Source: a virus
Lineage: Duplodnaviria; Caudoviricetes
Reading direction: 5' to 3' (one strand)
Virus record (IMG/VR): IMGVR_UViG_3300033076_000547
Coordinates: 1 to 29,043 of that record
DNA length: 29,043 nt
Part shown: positions 20,066-28,843 of the stretch, piece by piece
How positions within the stretch are numbered: the stretch's first letter is position 1
Layout of the letters: each line of letters opens with the position of its first letter
The notes under the pieces: generated by a model
Told to the model about the DNA's origin: nothing
Databases searched by the model: none
Seen by the model: the letters and a program-made list of their open reading frames with translations, nothing else
Position numbers and translations under genes: made by a program

Positions 20066-20409
20066 TGGAAACAATAGAAAGAAAAGCTAGGATAAGATTG
20101 GTTCGTGGTATTTTGAATGATTTTTATTCATTACCATTCGAACATCAAGAAAAGTTTAAAACAATCAAGAGTGTTATATGTGATTTATTAGGTTCACAAA
20201 CAAACGTATATGTTTTTGGTAGCTTTTATTGGGGGATTTGGGATGAATATTCTGATTATGATGTGTTGTTAGATTACACTAAAAACATACATGGACCAGA
20301 TGAAAGAATGGAAAACGTATTTAAAGCCAAAACAAGGCTTAAAGAAGAATATGGTTTGTCAGTTGACATAATGACAATGAAAGGAATTGAAGGGATTTTA
20401 ATTCCATAA
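20065..20409 (+). CDS. Minimal nucleotidyltransferase (Pol-beta superfamily, MNT-like)
   Basis: VYVFGSFYWG...SDYDVLL (hG[GS]-x9-DhD motif) plus a later VDIM third Asp; 114 aa. The ATG at 20065 overlaps the upstream stop (TGATG). Confidence 0.82.
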   Translation: METIERKARIRLVRGILNDFYSLPFEHQEKFKTIKSVICDLLGSQTNVYVFGSFYWGIWDEYSDYDVLLDYTKNIHGPDERMENVFKAKTRLKEEYGLSVDIMTMKGIEGILIP

Positions 20410-20412
20410 TAG

Positions 20413-20420
20413 ATATTTAT
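20413..20420 (+). promoter_or_regulatory. ATATTTAT motif, putative phage late promoter
   Basis: In the 25-nt gap, 14 nt upstream of the fibre gene ATG. Confidence 0.55.
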
Positions 20421-20434
20421 ATTTAAACAAAAAA

Positions 20435-23400
20435 ATGAAATTAACTGAAAGACAAGAAGCCGCATCAGCCAGTGTAACTGACCTTATACACATCGTTATT
20501 ACTGGTGATACATCACAAAACCCAGCTGGTAGCTCTTATAAAGTACCTTTATCTAAAGTTGTCGCCTTGTTGGACCAACAAACTGGTAATGTTTGGACTT
20601 CTGGTTCTACATGGAATGGTTTAAATTATCCAATAAGAGCAAATAATAATAGTTTATTGGATGCAACAGGTTATTATTCTGTTGCTGAAGGTAGTGCCAC
20701 CACTGCAACTGGTAATGCGGCACACGCTGAAGGTCAAAGAACAATAGCTAGTGGAACATCATCACACGCTGAGGGTTCATTCACAATAGCTAGTGGGACA
20801 TCATCACATGCTGAAGGTTCTTATACAACAGCTTCTGGTTCTACATCGCATGCTGAAGGTTCTGGTACAACAGCAGAAGGTAACTATTCACACGCTGAAG
20901 GTTACAATTCTTACGCTTATGGTACAGTGTCACATGCTGAAGGTGAATCAACACGAGCTTTAGGTAATCAATCACATGCTGAAGGTAGTGCTACTACCGC
21001 CAGCAATACAGTATCACATGCTGAAGGTTACAAAACAACCGCTAGTAATGTGGCTTCACATGCTGAAGGTTGGGAAACAGTAGCTAGTGGAATATATTCT
21101 CATGCTGAAGGTTACCAATCAACAGCTAACGCTACATTAGCACACGCTGAAGGTTACAAAACAACCGCAAGTGGTTCTGATGCACATGCTGAAGGTTTTC
21201 AAACTATTGCTTCTGGTTCAACTGGAGCACATGCTGAGGGGTCTGGTACTGTGGCAGGTTCATCTACTACTCACGCTGAAGGTATCAATACAACTGCTAT
21301 TAATGCGGCAGCACACTCTGAAGGTAATTCCACTACAGCTAGCGGTATTGCATCTCATGCTGAAGGTCAAAGTACCATAGCTAAAGGTAATTATTCACAT
21401 GCCGAAGGTAGAAATACAACATCTAATGGAGATTATTCCCATGCTGAAGGTTCTGGAACAACTGCTTTTAGTGATTATAGTCATTCTGAAGGTCAAAGTA
21501 CTACAGCTAGTGGAACAACATCGCACGCTGAAGGTTACATAACAACAGCTATTAATAATTACAGTCACTCACAAGGTTTTGGTAATGTAAGTAGCGGTCT
21601 TTATAGTCATACTGAAGGTTATAGAAACCAAGCATTTGGTGATGCATCACATGCTGAAGGGTATTTAAACACGTCTGGCATGTATGCGCATGCTGAAGGG
21701 TATCAAACAATAGCAACAGGTATGACATCACACGCTGAGGGTTCTGGTACAACAGCTAGTGGTATTGCGGCACACTCTGAAGGCAGTGGCACAACGGCTG
21801 TCGCTAACGCTTCACATGCTGAGGGTTCTGGTACAACAGCTAGTGGACAAGGTTCACATGCTGAAGGTTATTTAACAACTGCTAGTGGACCAGCATCACA
21901 TGCTGAAGGTATTAACGTAAAATCTACTGGCAATTATTCACATGCCGAAGGTAATGCTACTACAGCGAGTAATGATTCAGCACATGCTGAGGGTTCTGGG
22001 ACAACAGCTAGTGGACAAGCAGCACATGCTGAGGGTTCTGGGACAACAGCTAATGGACAATCATCACATGCTGAAGGTCAATTTACAGTATCTAGCGGTA
22101 GGGGAACACATGCTGAAGGTGCTTATACGACAGCGTTAAACATTTCAAGTCACGCTGAAGGTTCTGGTACAACAGCTAGTGGTAGTTATAGTCATGCTGA
22201 AGGTTACAAAACAACAGCCAGTAACAACCAATCACATGCTGAAGGTCAAAATACAATAGCTAGTGGTGATTCTGCACATGCTGAAGGTTCTAACTCACAA
22301 GCTTGGGGTAACTTTTCACACGCTGAAGGTGGTACTACCACATCTGTAGGTAATTATAGTCATGCCGAAGGTATCCAATCAACATCGACTGGTTTATATT
22401 CTCATGCTGAAGGTTATAAAGGTAAATCAAATGGGGAAGCAAGCCATGCTGAAGGTGGTCAGACAATGGCGATGGGTATTGCAAGCCACTCCGAAGGTTC
22501 TGGTACAACAGCTTACCAAGATTTTTCACACGCTAGTGGTTACAATACAAGAGCATCTGGCACAACATCACATGCTGAAGGTTCTGGTACAACAGCCATT
22601 GGGGCATCATCCCACTCTGAAGGTTCTAGTACAATAGCAAGTGGAACCACTTCACATGCTGAAGGTTCTGGTACAACAGCAAACGGTGTTGCAAGTCATT
22701 CTGAAGGTATTGGAACGCAGGCAACTGGTACAACATCACATTCTGAAGGTTATTTTACAAGTGCATGGGGTGAATATAGTCACGCTGAAGGCTATTTAAC
22801 AAAAGCAACAGGAATATCATCACATGCTGAGGGTTCTGGGACAACAGCTAGTGGTAACGCATCACATGCAGAGGGTTCTGGTACAACAGCTAGTGGTATT
22901 GCTGCTCACGCTGAAGGTTGGAATACAATAGCTCAAGGTAATTATTCACATGCTGAAGGTTCTGGTACAACTGCTATAGATATAGGCGCACATGCTGAAG
23001 GTACTAAAACATATGCCAATGATAACGCACACGCTGAAGGTTATTTCTCGTCAGCTGTTGGTATAACATCACACGCTGAAGGTTATCAAACGACAGCAAC
23101 TGGCTCACAATCACATGCTGAAGGTTACAGAACATATACAAGCAATAACGCAACATTTGGTGGTCACGCTGAAGGTCATACAACTTCAGCTATGACAGCA
23201 AGTGCTCACGCTGAAGGTAGAATAACAAGAGCAGGGTTAGACGGCACATATGGTAATTATTCACATGCAGAGGGTTACGGCACATCAACATTATCTGATG
23301 CTGCACATTCTGAAGGTTATCAAACAATAGCTGGTAATGGTAGTAGTGGTGGTACAGCAGCACATGCTGAAGGTTATCGAACAACTGCATGGGGTAATTA

Positions 23401-23683
23401 TTCACATGCTGGAGGTCAATCAAGCCAAGCCTTAGGAACCAACTCATTTGTCCATGGCAATGGGTCAATAGCTAATAGTGGGACAACAATAGTGTTGGGT
23501 GACTCTATAACAGGTAATTTCCCAAATACTGTTTATGTAGCACCATTGGTTGTCATGAATTTATCAACAATTCAAATAACTGCTTTATCACCAAACGTGA
23601 CAAATGGTATGATTGTATATGATACAACAACTAATCAATTTAAAGGTTTTGCAAGCGGTACAACTTGGGTTGTATTAGGTTAA
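20435..23683 (+). CDS. Tail fibre/adhesin-like protein with YadA-head-like 14-aa repeats
   Basis: 1082 aa: a short N-terminal attachment-like region, ~65 repeats of xxTxAxGxxSHAEG, and C-terminal NGMIVYDTTTNQFKGF..W. There is no signal peptide or autotransporter barrel. Confidence 0.8.
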   Translation: MKLTERQEAASASVTDLIHIVITGDTSQNPAGSSYKVPLSKVVALLDQQTGNVWTSGSTWNGLNYPIRANNNSLLDATGYYSVAEGSATTATGNAAHAEGQRTIASGTSSHAEGSFTIASGTSSHAEGSYTTASGSTSHAEGSGTTAEGNYSHAEGYNSYAYGTVSHAEGESTRALGNQSHAEGSATTASNTVSHAEGYKTTASNVASHAEGWETVASGIYSHAEGYQSTANATLAHAEGYKTTASGSDAHAEGFQTIASGSTGAHAEGSGTVAGSSTTHAEGINTTAINAAAHSEGNSTTASGIASHAEGQSTIAKGNYSHAEGRNTTSNGDYSHAEGSGTTAFSDYSHSEGQSTTASGTTSHAEGYITTAINNYSHSQGFGNVSSGLYSHTEGYRNQAFGDASHAEGYLNTSGMYAHAEGYQTIATGMTSHAEGSGTTASGIAAHSEGSGTTAVANASHAEGSGTTASGQGSHAEGYLTTASGPASHAEGINVKSTGNYSHAEGNATTASNDSAHAEGSGTTASGQAAHAEGSGTTANGQSSHAEGQFTVSSGRGTHAEGAYTTALNISSHAEGSGTTASGSYSHAEGYKTTASNNQSHAEGQNTIASGDSAHAEGSNSQAWGNFSHAEGGTTTSVGNYSHAEGIQSTSTGLYSHAEGYKGKSNGEASHAEGGQTMAMGIASHSEGSGTTAYQDFSHASGYNTRASGTTSHAEGSGTTAIGASSHSEGSSTIASGTTSHAEGSGTTANGVASHSEGIGTQATGTTSHSEGYFTSAWGEYSHAEGYLTKATGISSHAEGSGTTASGNASHAEGSGTTASGIAAHAEGWNTIAQGNYSHAEGSGTTAIDIGAHAEGTKTYANDNAHAEGYFSSAVGITSHAEGYQTTATGSQSHAEGYRTYTSNNATFGGHAEGHTTSAMTASAHAEGRITRAGLDGTYGNYSHAEGYGTSTLSDAAHSEGYQTIAGNGSSGGTAAHAEGYRTTAWGNYSHAGGQSSQALGTNSFVHGNGSIANSGTTIVLGDSITGNFPNTVYVAPLVVMNLSTIQITALSPNVTNGMIVYDTTTNQFKGFASGTTWVVLG
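20660..23460 (+). repeat. Coding tandem repeat, 42-bp period, ~65 units, core CA(T/C)GCTGA(A/G)GGT
   Basis: Counted from the translation. Most units are exactly 14 aa and a few are 13-19 aa. Near-identical units lie at 21979-22020 and 22021-22062. Confidence 0.95.
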
Positions 23684-23694
23684 TAAAAATAAAC

Positions 23695-23937
23695 ATGCCA
23701 CAATTAATTAAAAAAATAGAAGCAAGTATCGTTGAAGATTTGACAGGGCCAGTTATCCTTGTCAAATCTTTTATCGGTGAAGTCCAAGAGGAAGATTACA
23801 TTAATTTGGGTGGTCTTGTTGCTTATTTACAAGATTTCACTAAAAGTGACTTTACTTCTGCTCTTATAAAACCGTTATTATATGGTTTACCAAATACTTA
23901 TAATTTACCAGTAACAACGTTAAATATAGATTACTAA
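23695..23937 (+). CDS. Hypothetical protein (80 aa)
   Basis: The ATG at 23695 follows an A-rich leader and is preferred over the track's start at 23665, which lies inside the fibre gene. The stop overlaps the next ATG (TAATG). Confidence 0.65.
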   Translation: MPQLIKKIEASIVEDLTGPVILVKSFIGEVQEEDYINLGGLVAYLQDFTKSDFTSALIKPLLYGLPNTYNLPVTTLNIDY

Positions 23938-25361
23938 TGAGATACCAACAACCAATATACATACAAAACGAGAATTCCGCAGTTAGAAACAAAGACATTG
24001 TAAATGTCAATATGAGTTCTGACATGTGTATATTTGGTGCTCCTTTGTTTTCAATGAGTGGTGCTTCTAAAATAGATTGCGGTGTTATTACTGGTACCAC
24101 TCACATTATTAGCTCTGCAACAACAATACCTTTGACATTTAATTTCACTGGAAATACTAGTTCGTTCACAGCAAATAGTACAACTTTCAGATATGAAATT
24201 TACAAATACAATTCACTAGTTAGTGGTTTCACACTACCACCAGTTTACCAATCATCAGAATATGAATACAGTAGTTTTAGTGCTACAAGTATTGTATCTG
24301 AAAATGTGGCGGTTTCTGGTTTATCTTTGGATGGTGAATATTTGATTAAAGGATATTACAAATTTGATGCATGTACCAACTTTTTAAACCAATTAGGTAA
24401 AACAGTTGATACATTAACATATAGAAGTGGTAGTCAATATGGTTTATATGATAACGATATGGATTATTATTTCATAGCATTTAAATCTGCTGAAAAGCCG
24501 CAATTTATAGCTAACGGCACATACAATTCAACAGCTAGTCAGTTACAACAACAAACAATTTTACCTGAAAATGGAGAAACTGTATTTACAATCACTAGTA
24601 ATTATGCTGGGTATTTTGTTGTTACGTTGAATGGTTTAACACTATCTAAAGATTTAGATTACACTTTTAGTGGAAATGTTGTCACTTTAAATGCTGAAAC
24701 TGTAAAGGGTGATGTTTTAACGTTTATTTATACATCGGCAGGTGGTTTAAACCTAGTTGGTGAAACAATATATGTTACATCTCCAGTTGTAAGTGGTGTA
24801 ACAGATGCTCAAGGAACAAATCAAGCGTATTTTGACACCACAACTGGCAAATATGAATTATATTTAAGTACAGAACCAGTTAACGGTGGTGATGTTTTAG
24901 TGATGATTAATGGCGTTACATTAGCAAACAACATTGATTATTTTAAATCAACATCAAATACTAAAAGAATTATCTTAATGGGTGATATTTTGGTTGGTGA
25001 TATTATAACTATGGTATATTTTCCAGCCGCATCCACTATTTTCGGTGTTTCAACTAATTATCCAACGGTTGTTTGGACTATTACTAACCCACCACAATTA
25101 GTAAATGGGGTTTTTACATTGGAAGTAAGTTCTGATAGTGGATTTACAACCACATATTACACTTCATCACAAGATTATATCCCTAGCGTTAGTTTATATA
25201 ATGCTAGTTTTACTGCTAGTGGTTCAGTAGGTACTCAACTGTATTATAGGGTAAAAAATGAGAAGAATTTTGTGACACTATGTGGTGACATAATAACTGA
25301 TACAGCGTATAGTGATATAGTACCAATTACTATCCAAAGTAATGCGATAAATTCATACTAA
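23937..25361 (+). CDS. Virion structural protein with two tandem beta-sandwich repeats and an FN3-like C-terminus
   Basis: VVTLNGLTLSKDLDY..GDVLTFIY and LVMINGVTLANNIDY..GDIITMVY match the V..NG..L....DY pattern of phage tail/baseplate adaptors. C-terminal FTLEVSSDSGF...LYYRVKN. Confidence 0.7.
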   Translation: MRYQQPIYIQNENSAVRNKDIVNVNMSSDMCIFGAPLFSMSGASKIDCGVITGTTHIISSATTIPLTFNFTGNTSSFTANSTTFRYEIYKYNSLVSGFTLPPVYQSSEYEYSSFSATSIVSENVAVSGLSLDGEYLIKGYYKFDACTNFLNQLGKTVDTLTYRSGSQYGLYDNDMDYYFIAFKSAEKPQFIANGTYNSTASQLQQQTILPENGETVFTITSNYAGYFVVTLNGLTLSKDLDYTFSGNVVTLNAETVKGDVLTFIYTSAGGLNLVGETIYVTSPVVSGVTDAQGTNQAYFDTTTGKYELYLSTEPVNGGDVLVMINGVTLANNIDYFKSTSNTKRIILMGDILVGDIITMVYFPAASTIFGVSTNYPTVVWTITNPPQLVNGVFTLEVSSDSGFTTTYYTSSQDYIPSVSLYNASFTASGSVGTQLYYRVKNEKNFVTLCGDIITDTAYSDIVPITIQSNAINSY

Positions 25362-25377
25362 TAATGTTGACTATTGC

Positions 25378-25416
25378 ATATTTATAACTAAAATAAGGGA
25401 AAACAAAGATATTTAT
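25378..25416 (+). promoter_or_regulatory. Two copies of ATATTTAT (25378-25385 and 25409-25416), putative late promoter(s)
   Basis: Both lie in the 60-nt gap before the ATG at 25422, and both extend to ATATTTATAA. Confidence 0.55.
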
Positions 25417-25421
25417 AAGAT

Positions 25422-27575
25422 ATGAGTTACATAATTAACAGCACAAATCCATTCGTTAGCATTAAATTAACGGAAAAGGGTAGAGAAAAGTTGGCTTTGG
25501 GTCAGCTTAATTTTTCATATTGGGCAATCGGTGATTCTGAAATCAATTATGATAGAGAAGCCATCGTAGACGCAAACCAAACAGATGTAACGTTGTCTGC
25601 TAGTAGCAAGGTTTTAAGACCTGTTGACAGACAACCAGACATCAAATATTTCATCTATCCTAGCATTGCTACGGACCATTTTCAACCATTAAATGGTGCT
25701 AATATGAATGTAGTAAAAGCTGTGGTTAACAATCAAGCTTTAGAAAGAGGATTTTTTGTTGATAACATAACAGGTTTCACAACAGATTTAAGTGCTGATT
25801 TAACTCCTTACCAAGAAGTTGTTGCAAACACAAAATTAAGCGGTACAACTACTTTGGTTGTTTCTGGAGGGTCAAATTTTACAACTGGTGATTTTATTCT
25901 TGTTAAACCATCCAACAACAAATTAGGTTCTATCAATATCAATGATACAACTAAAGCGATACCTAATTTATGGTTTGAGGTTCAAAACGTTGCTGGTAAT
26001 ACGTTGACGTTGGATAGAAACTTACCTAATTTCTCATCAAGCACTGCTAGCACAACAGTAATCATTTATAAGAATGGTGAAGTTTACGACACGATTTCAA
26101 GCGGTAACACAACTTCTTATTGGGACTCTGGTACTTTATCTTTTAATGCCAATATTAATATCACTTGTTCTGATGTTCCAGTTTGGAATATGAACAACGT
26201 TTGGTGTGAGAATTTGGCTGGTATGAGTGGAACAACAACGTATGAAGATTATACCAAATTTGGTTCGTATCCTTATTTGGGAACAAAAACACCTTATTTA
26301 GAATATTTTTGTGAAAGTACTGGTTCTACATCGTTTAACTGTAATGGTCCAGGTCTAAGCTACCCAGATGATGTACGCAAATCGTTGTCTATTATCCACT
26401 ATACAAACAATGCTATCTCAAATCTTTATGGTGAATTCTTTTATGTCGATGCAACAAACAACAAGTATGTTCAAGTCCATATGCCAAACATTATGTATCA
26501 CAGAGTTGGATATCCAACCAGTGGTGGTACACATATGGGTATGACATTTATTGCTTCAGGTGCAACACAATACATTGGAACAAGTCAAATTGAATATATC
26601 GACCTTATTGAACATCCAGATATGATTTCATCAGCTAACACAACTCCGTTGGTTGTTGGTAAAGTATTGCCACAATACAAAATGATTGTGATTCATGATG
26701 ATGAATTGGTTGCTGCAATGTCATACAAATCAAACAGAAACTGGACACTTCCAGAATTGGCTGCAAACATCATCTCACCAAGTGGTTCTACAACTAGCGG
26801 TGTGTTGGGTGTCAATGAAACAATTTATTTAACTTATTTATTAGATAATTCTGGTAGTACAACAGGTTTGACTAGTAGTTTGCCATGTCAAAACTATGTC
26901 AAGGTAACTAATACTACAAACTCTTCTAAAGATATTGCATTCAGAATCAACGAAACTGATTTGTTACCATACATGCGTAAAATTGAAAGTTCATCTTACG
27001 ATGGTTATGGTTTCTATGCACACAACTTTAAACTGTTATATCAAATTGTAAGTGGTGATACAGTTAGACCAGATGCTGGTGCTTGGAAAATGTATAATTA
27101 TACAAGCACTGGATTAACAACTACATCTGGTGCGACTATTGACCCATTTGCATTGGAAAATCAAACTCCTGGTAGTGTGTCTTGCGGCACATCAACTGGT
27201 TTTGTCTTAGATTCAATTAAAAATAGTGGTTCAACAATATTTAATCTTTATCCTTTATTGAATATGGCCCCTACAGCCTACCCAAGTTATTTACAATTTG
27301 GTGATGAACGTTATTTCTACGGAAATATTGAAACATACATTGGGGCTACTATCTATAAAACTATATTTGATATTAGAGTTAACTCTAGCCAATTTGACAC
27401 AACAACCAACCCATCTAGAAGCACTGACTCAGCAACCAACCCAGCGGTTATTAGAATTACTGACGTTGGTATTTATGATAGTGCTAAGAACCTAGTTTGT
27501 ATCGGTAAACTTAGCAAACCAGTGTCATTGACTGCTGGTAACACAATAATGCTTGAATTAAGCATGGACTTTTAA
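25422..27575 (+). CDS. Baseplate/tail-fibre attachment protein, P2 gpH N-terminal (DUF3751)-like with a large insertion
   Basis: N-terminal KLTEKGREKLALG..FSYWAIGDS and C-terminal RITDVGIYDSAKNLVCIGKLSKPV bracket ~640 aa. Confidence 0.62.
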   Translation: MSYIINSTNPFVSIKLTEKGREKLALGQLNFSYWAIGDSEINYDREAIVDANQTDVTLSASSKVLRPVDRQPDIKYFIYPSIATDHFQPLNGANMNVVKAVVNNQALERGFFVDNITGFTTDLSADLTPYQEVVANTKLSGTTTLVVSGGSNFTTGDFILVKPSNNKLGSININDTTKAIPNLWFEVQNVAGNTLTLDRNLPNFSSSTASTTVIIYKNGEVYDTISSGNTTSYWDSGTLSFNANINITCSDVPVWNMNNVWCENLAGMSGTTTYEDYTKFGSYPYLGTKTPYLEYFCESTGSTSFNCNGPGLSYPDDVRKSLSIIHYTNNAISNLYGEFFYVDATNNKYVQVHMPNIMYHRVGYPTSGGTHMGMTFIASGATQYIGTSQIEYIDLIEHPDMISSANTTPLVVGKVLPQYKMIVIHDDELVAAMSYKSNRNWTLPELAANIISPSGSTTSGVLGVNETIYLTYLLDNSGSTTGLTSSLPCQNYVKVTNTTNSSKDIAFRINETDLLPYMRKIESSSYDGYGFYAHNFKLLYQIVSGDTVRPDAGAWKMYNYTSTGLTTTSGATIDPFALENQTPGSVSCGTSTGFVLDSIKNSGSTIFNLYPLLNMAPTAYPSYLQFGDERYFYGNIETYIGATIYKTIFDIRVNSSQFDTTTNPSRSTDSATNPAVIRITDVGIYDSAKNLVCIGKLSKPVSLTAGNTIMLELSMDF

Positions 27576-27590
27576 TTAAAATAAACAGAA

Positions 27591-28796
27591 ATGGGATTTA
27601 TTACTTCAGCAAATACATTGACATTAACAGCTAAGTTAACACCACTTGGCCGTCAAAAATTAATTTCAACCAACAACGGATTGATTACTAGTTTTTCTTT
27701 GGGTGACTCTGATGCAAACTATTATGCCAGTGTTCCATTGACTACTGGTCAAGTACCAGCTGAAGCTGGAGATTACGGTGCTAATGCATCGGTTAGCAAT
27801 AGCACTGCACAAATTGCAAGTATCAAATCTCCTTTGATTTTTAATGCTAGTGGTGTTTTAAGAAAGCCAGTTGAAAATCAATCATTGATAGTGTCAGTAG
27901 AAACCGTGAGTAATGGTTTAACAACTGTTAGTGGTACGAATTTAACTTTCAATACTGTCAATAGAAACAACAATACAACTGATAGTTTAGTTAATCTATT
28001 TTATTCATTTGGTTTACCGTTGAATTCGACACAAGATTATACATACACTGGAATAACATATGTTAGTGGTGGTTTTTCAGATACTGCTTTAAGTGGTTTG
28101 GCCAAATCAGATATTTTAATAGTAGGTATCAAAAATTCAACATACGGTGAATGTTTGGATGGCAAGGCGATAAAATTGGTATTACCTACTAGTGCAGCAA
28201 CATATACTGTGTACAGTACCTTCCAAAAAACAACTACAGCTTTAAACGTACAGGATGCAAATATAAGAGATGTTGCAACAAATACTGGTAATATTGGTGA
28301 AAATATTGCTTTCTTATTTTCTGATACAATTTCAAAACCTAATGGTGATTCAGCATCTTTAAGTTGGGCGACTGGTTTTGGTACAACAAAACCTTTTAGT
28401 GTAAACGGTAAACAATTATATAATTTACAAACAACATCTAATTTAGGTTTGACAGCCGATACTTTGGTTGGTGTTGCTTATTTAGATAAAGGTATTTTGG
28501 TATTAACTCACCCAACAATTGTAAACAACTATACGAGTTCGATGGCTGCAACTGGTGCGTCTGTAACTTTTAACAGTGTGTCAACTTCAGTATTTCAGAA
28601 TATAACTTGTATTGCTGGTAGAGGTGAATTTGGCGGTTCAACCAACCCAACTTTTAGTGGTTCAGATGTTCCTAGAATTAGTGAATTAGGTTTGTATGAT
28701 AGTTCGAACAATTTAATAGCTGTTGCCAAAACAGACCGTCATGTAACCAAAAATATTAACGAATTTAAGGTGTTCAATGTAAAAATTACACTTTAA
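27591..28796 (+). CDS. Paralogue of the upstream gene, DUF3751-like with a shorter insertion
   Basis: KLTPLGRQKLIS..ITSFSLGDSDANY and STNPT..RISELGLYDSSNNLIAVAKTDRHVTK. Confidence 0.62.
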   Translation: MGFITSANTLTLTAKLTPLGRQKLISTNNGLITSFSLGDSDANYYASVPLTTGQVPAEAGDYGANASVSNSTAQIASIKSPLIFNASGVLRKPVENQSLIVSVETVSNGLTTVSGTNLTFNTVNRNNNTTDSLVNLFYSFGLPLNSTQDYTYTGITYVSGGFSDTALSGLAKSDILIVGIKNSTYGECLDGKAIKLVLPTSAATYTVYSTFQKTTTALNVQDANIRDVATNTGNIGENIAFLFSDTISKPNGDSASLSWATGFGTTKPFSVNGKQLYNLQTTSNLGLTADTLVGVAYLDKGILVLTHPTIVNNYTSSMAATGASVTFNSVSTSVFQNITCIAGRGEFGGSTNPTFSGSDVPRISELGLYDSSNNLIAVAKTDRHVTKNINEFKVFNVKITL

Positions 28797-28843
28797 GTCT
28801 TTACCTTTTTTGGTTCACCGATTAAATTGGAAGAAAAACATTT

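Noticed and set aside
20660-23460. CRISPR-like look of a constant ~12-nt core with ~30-nt variable spacers
   Set aside because: The core is too short, varies at synonymous positions and stays in frame within a 1082-aa ORF. The 'spacers' resemble each other and there are no cas genes.
20435-23683. Bacterial trimeric autotransporter or ice-nucleation protein
   Set aside because: There is no signal peptide or C-terminal beta-barrel, and the period is 14 aa rather than the 8/16/48-aa AGYGST pattern.
20435-23683. Diversity-generating retroelement target
   Set aside because: No reverse transcriptase in the window, and no template/variable repeat pair differing only at adenines was seen.
2774-28796. 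Bacterial extracellular contractile injection system, tailocin or T6SS locus
   Set aside because: Flanked by nrdAB and a RuvC-like gene with phage-like density, and no Afp/Tss-specific, regulatory or host housekeeping genes are present. A phage origin is more parsimonious.
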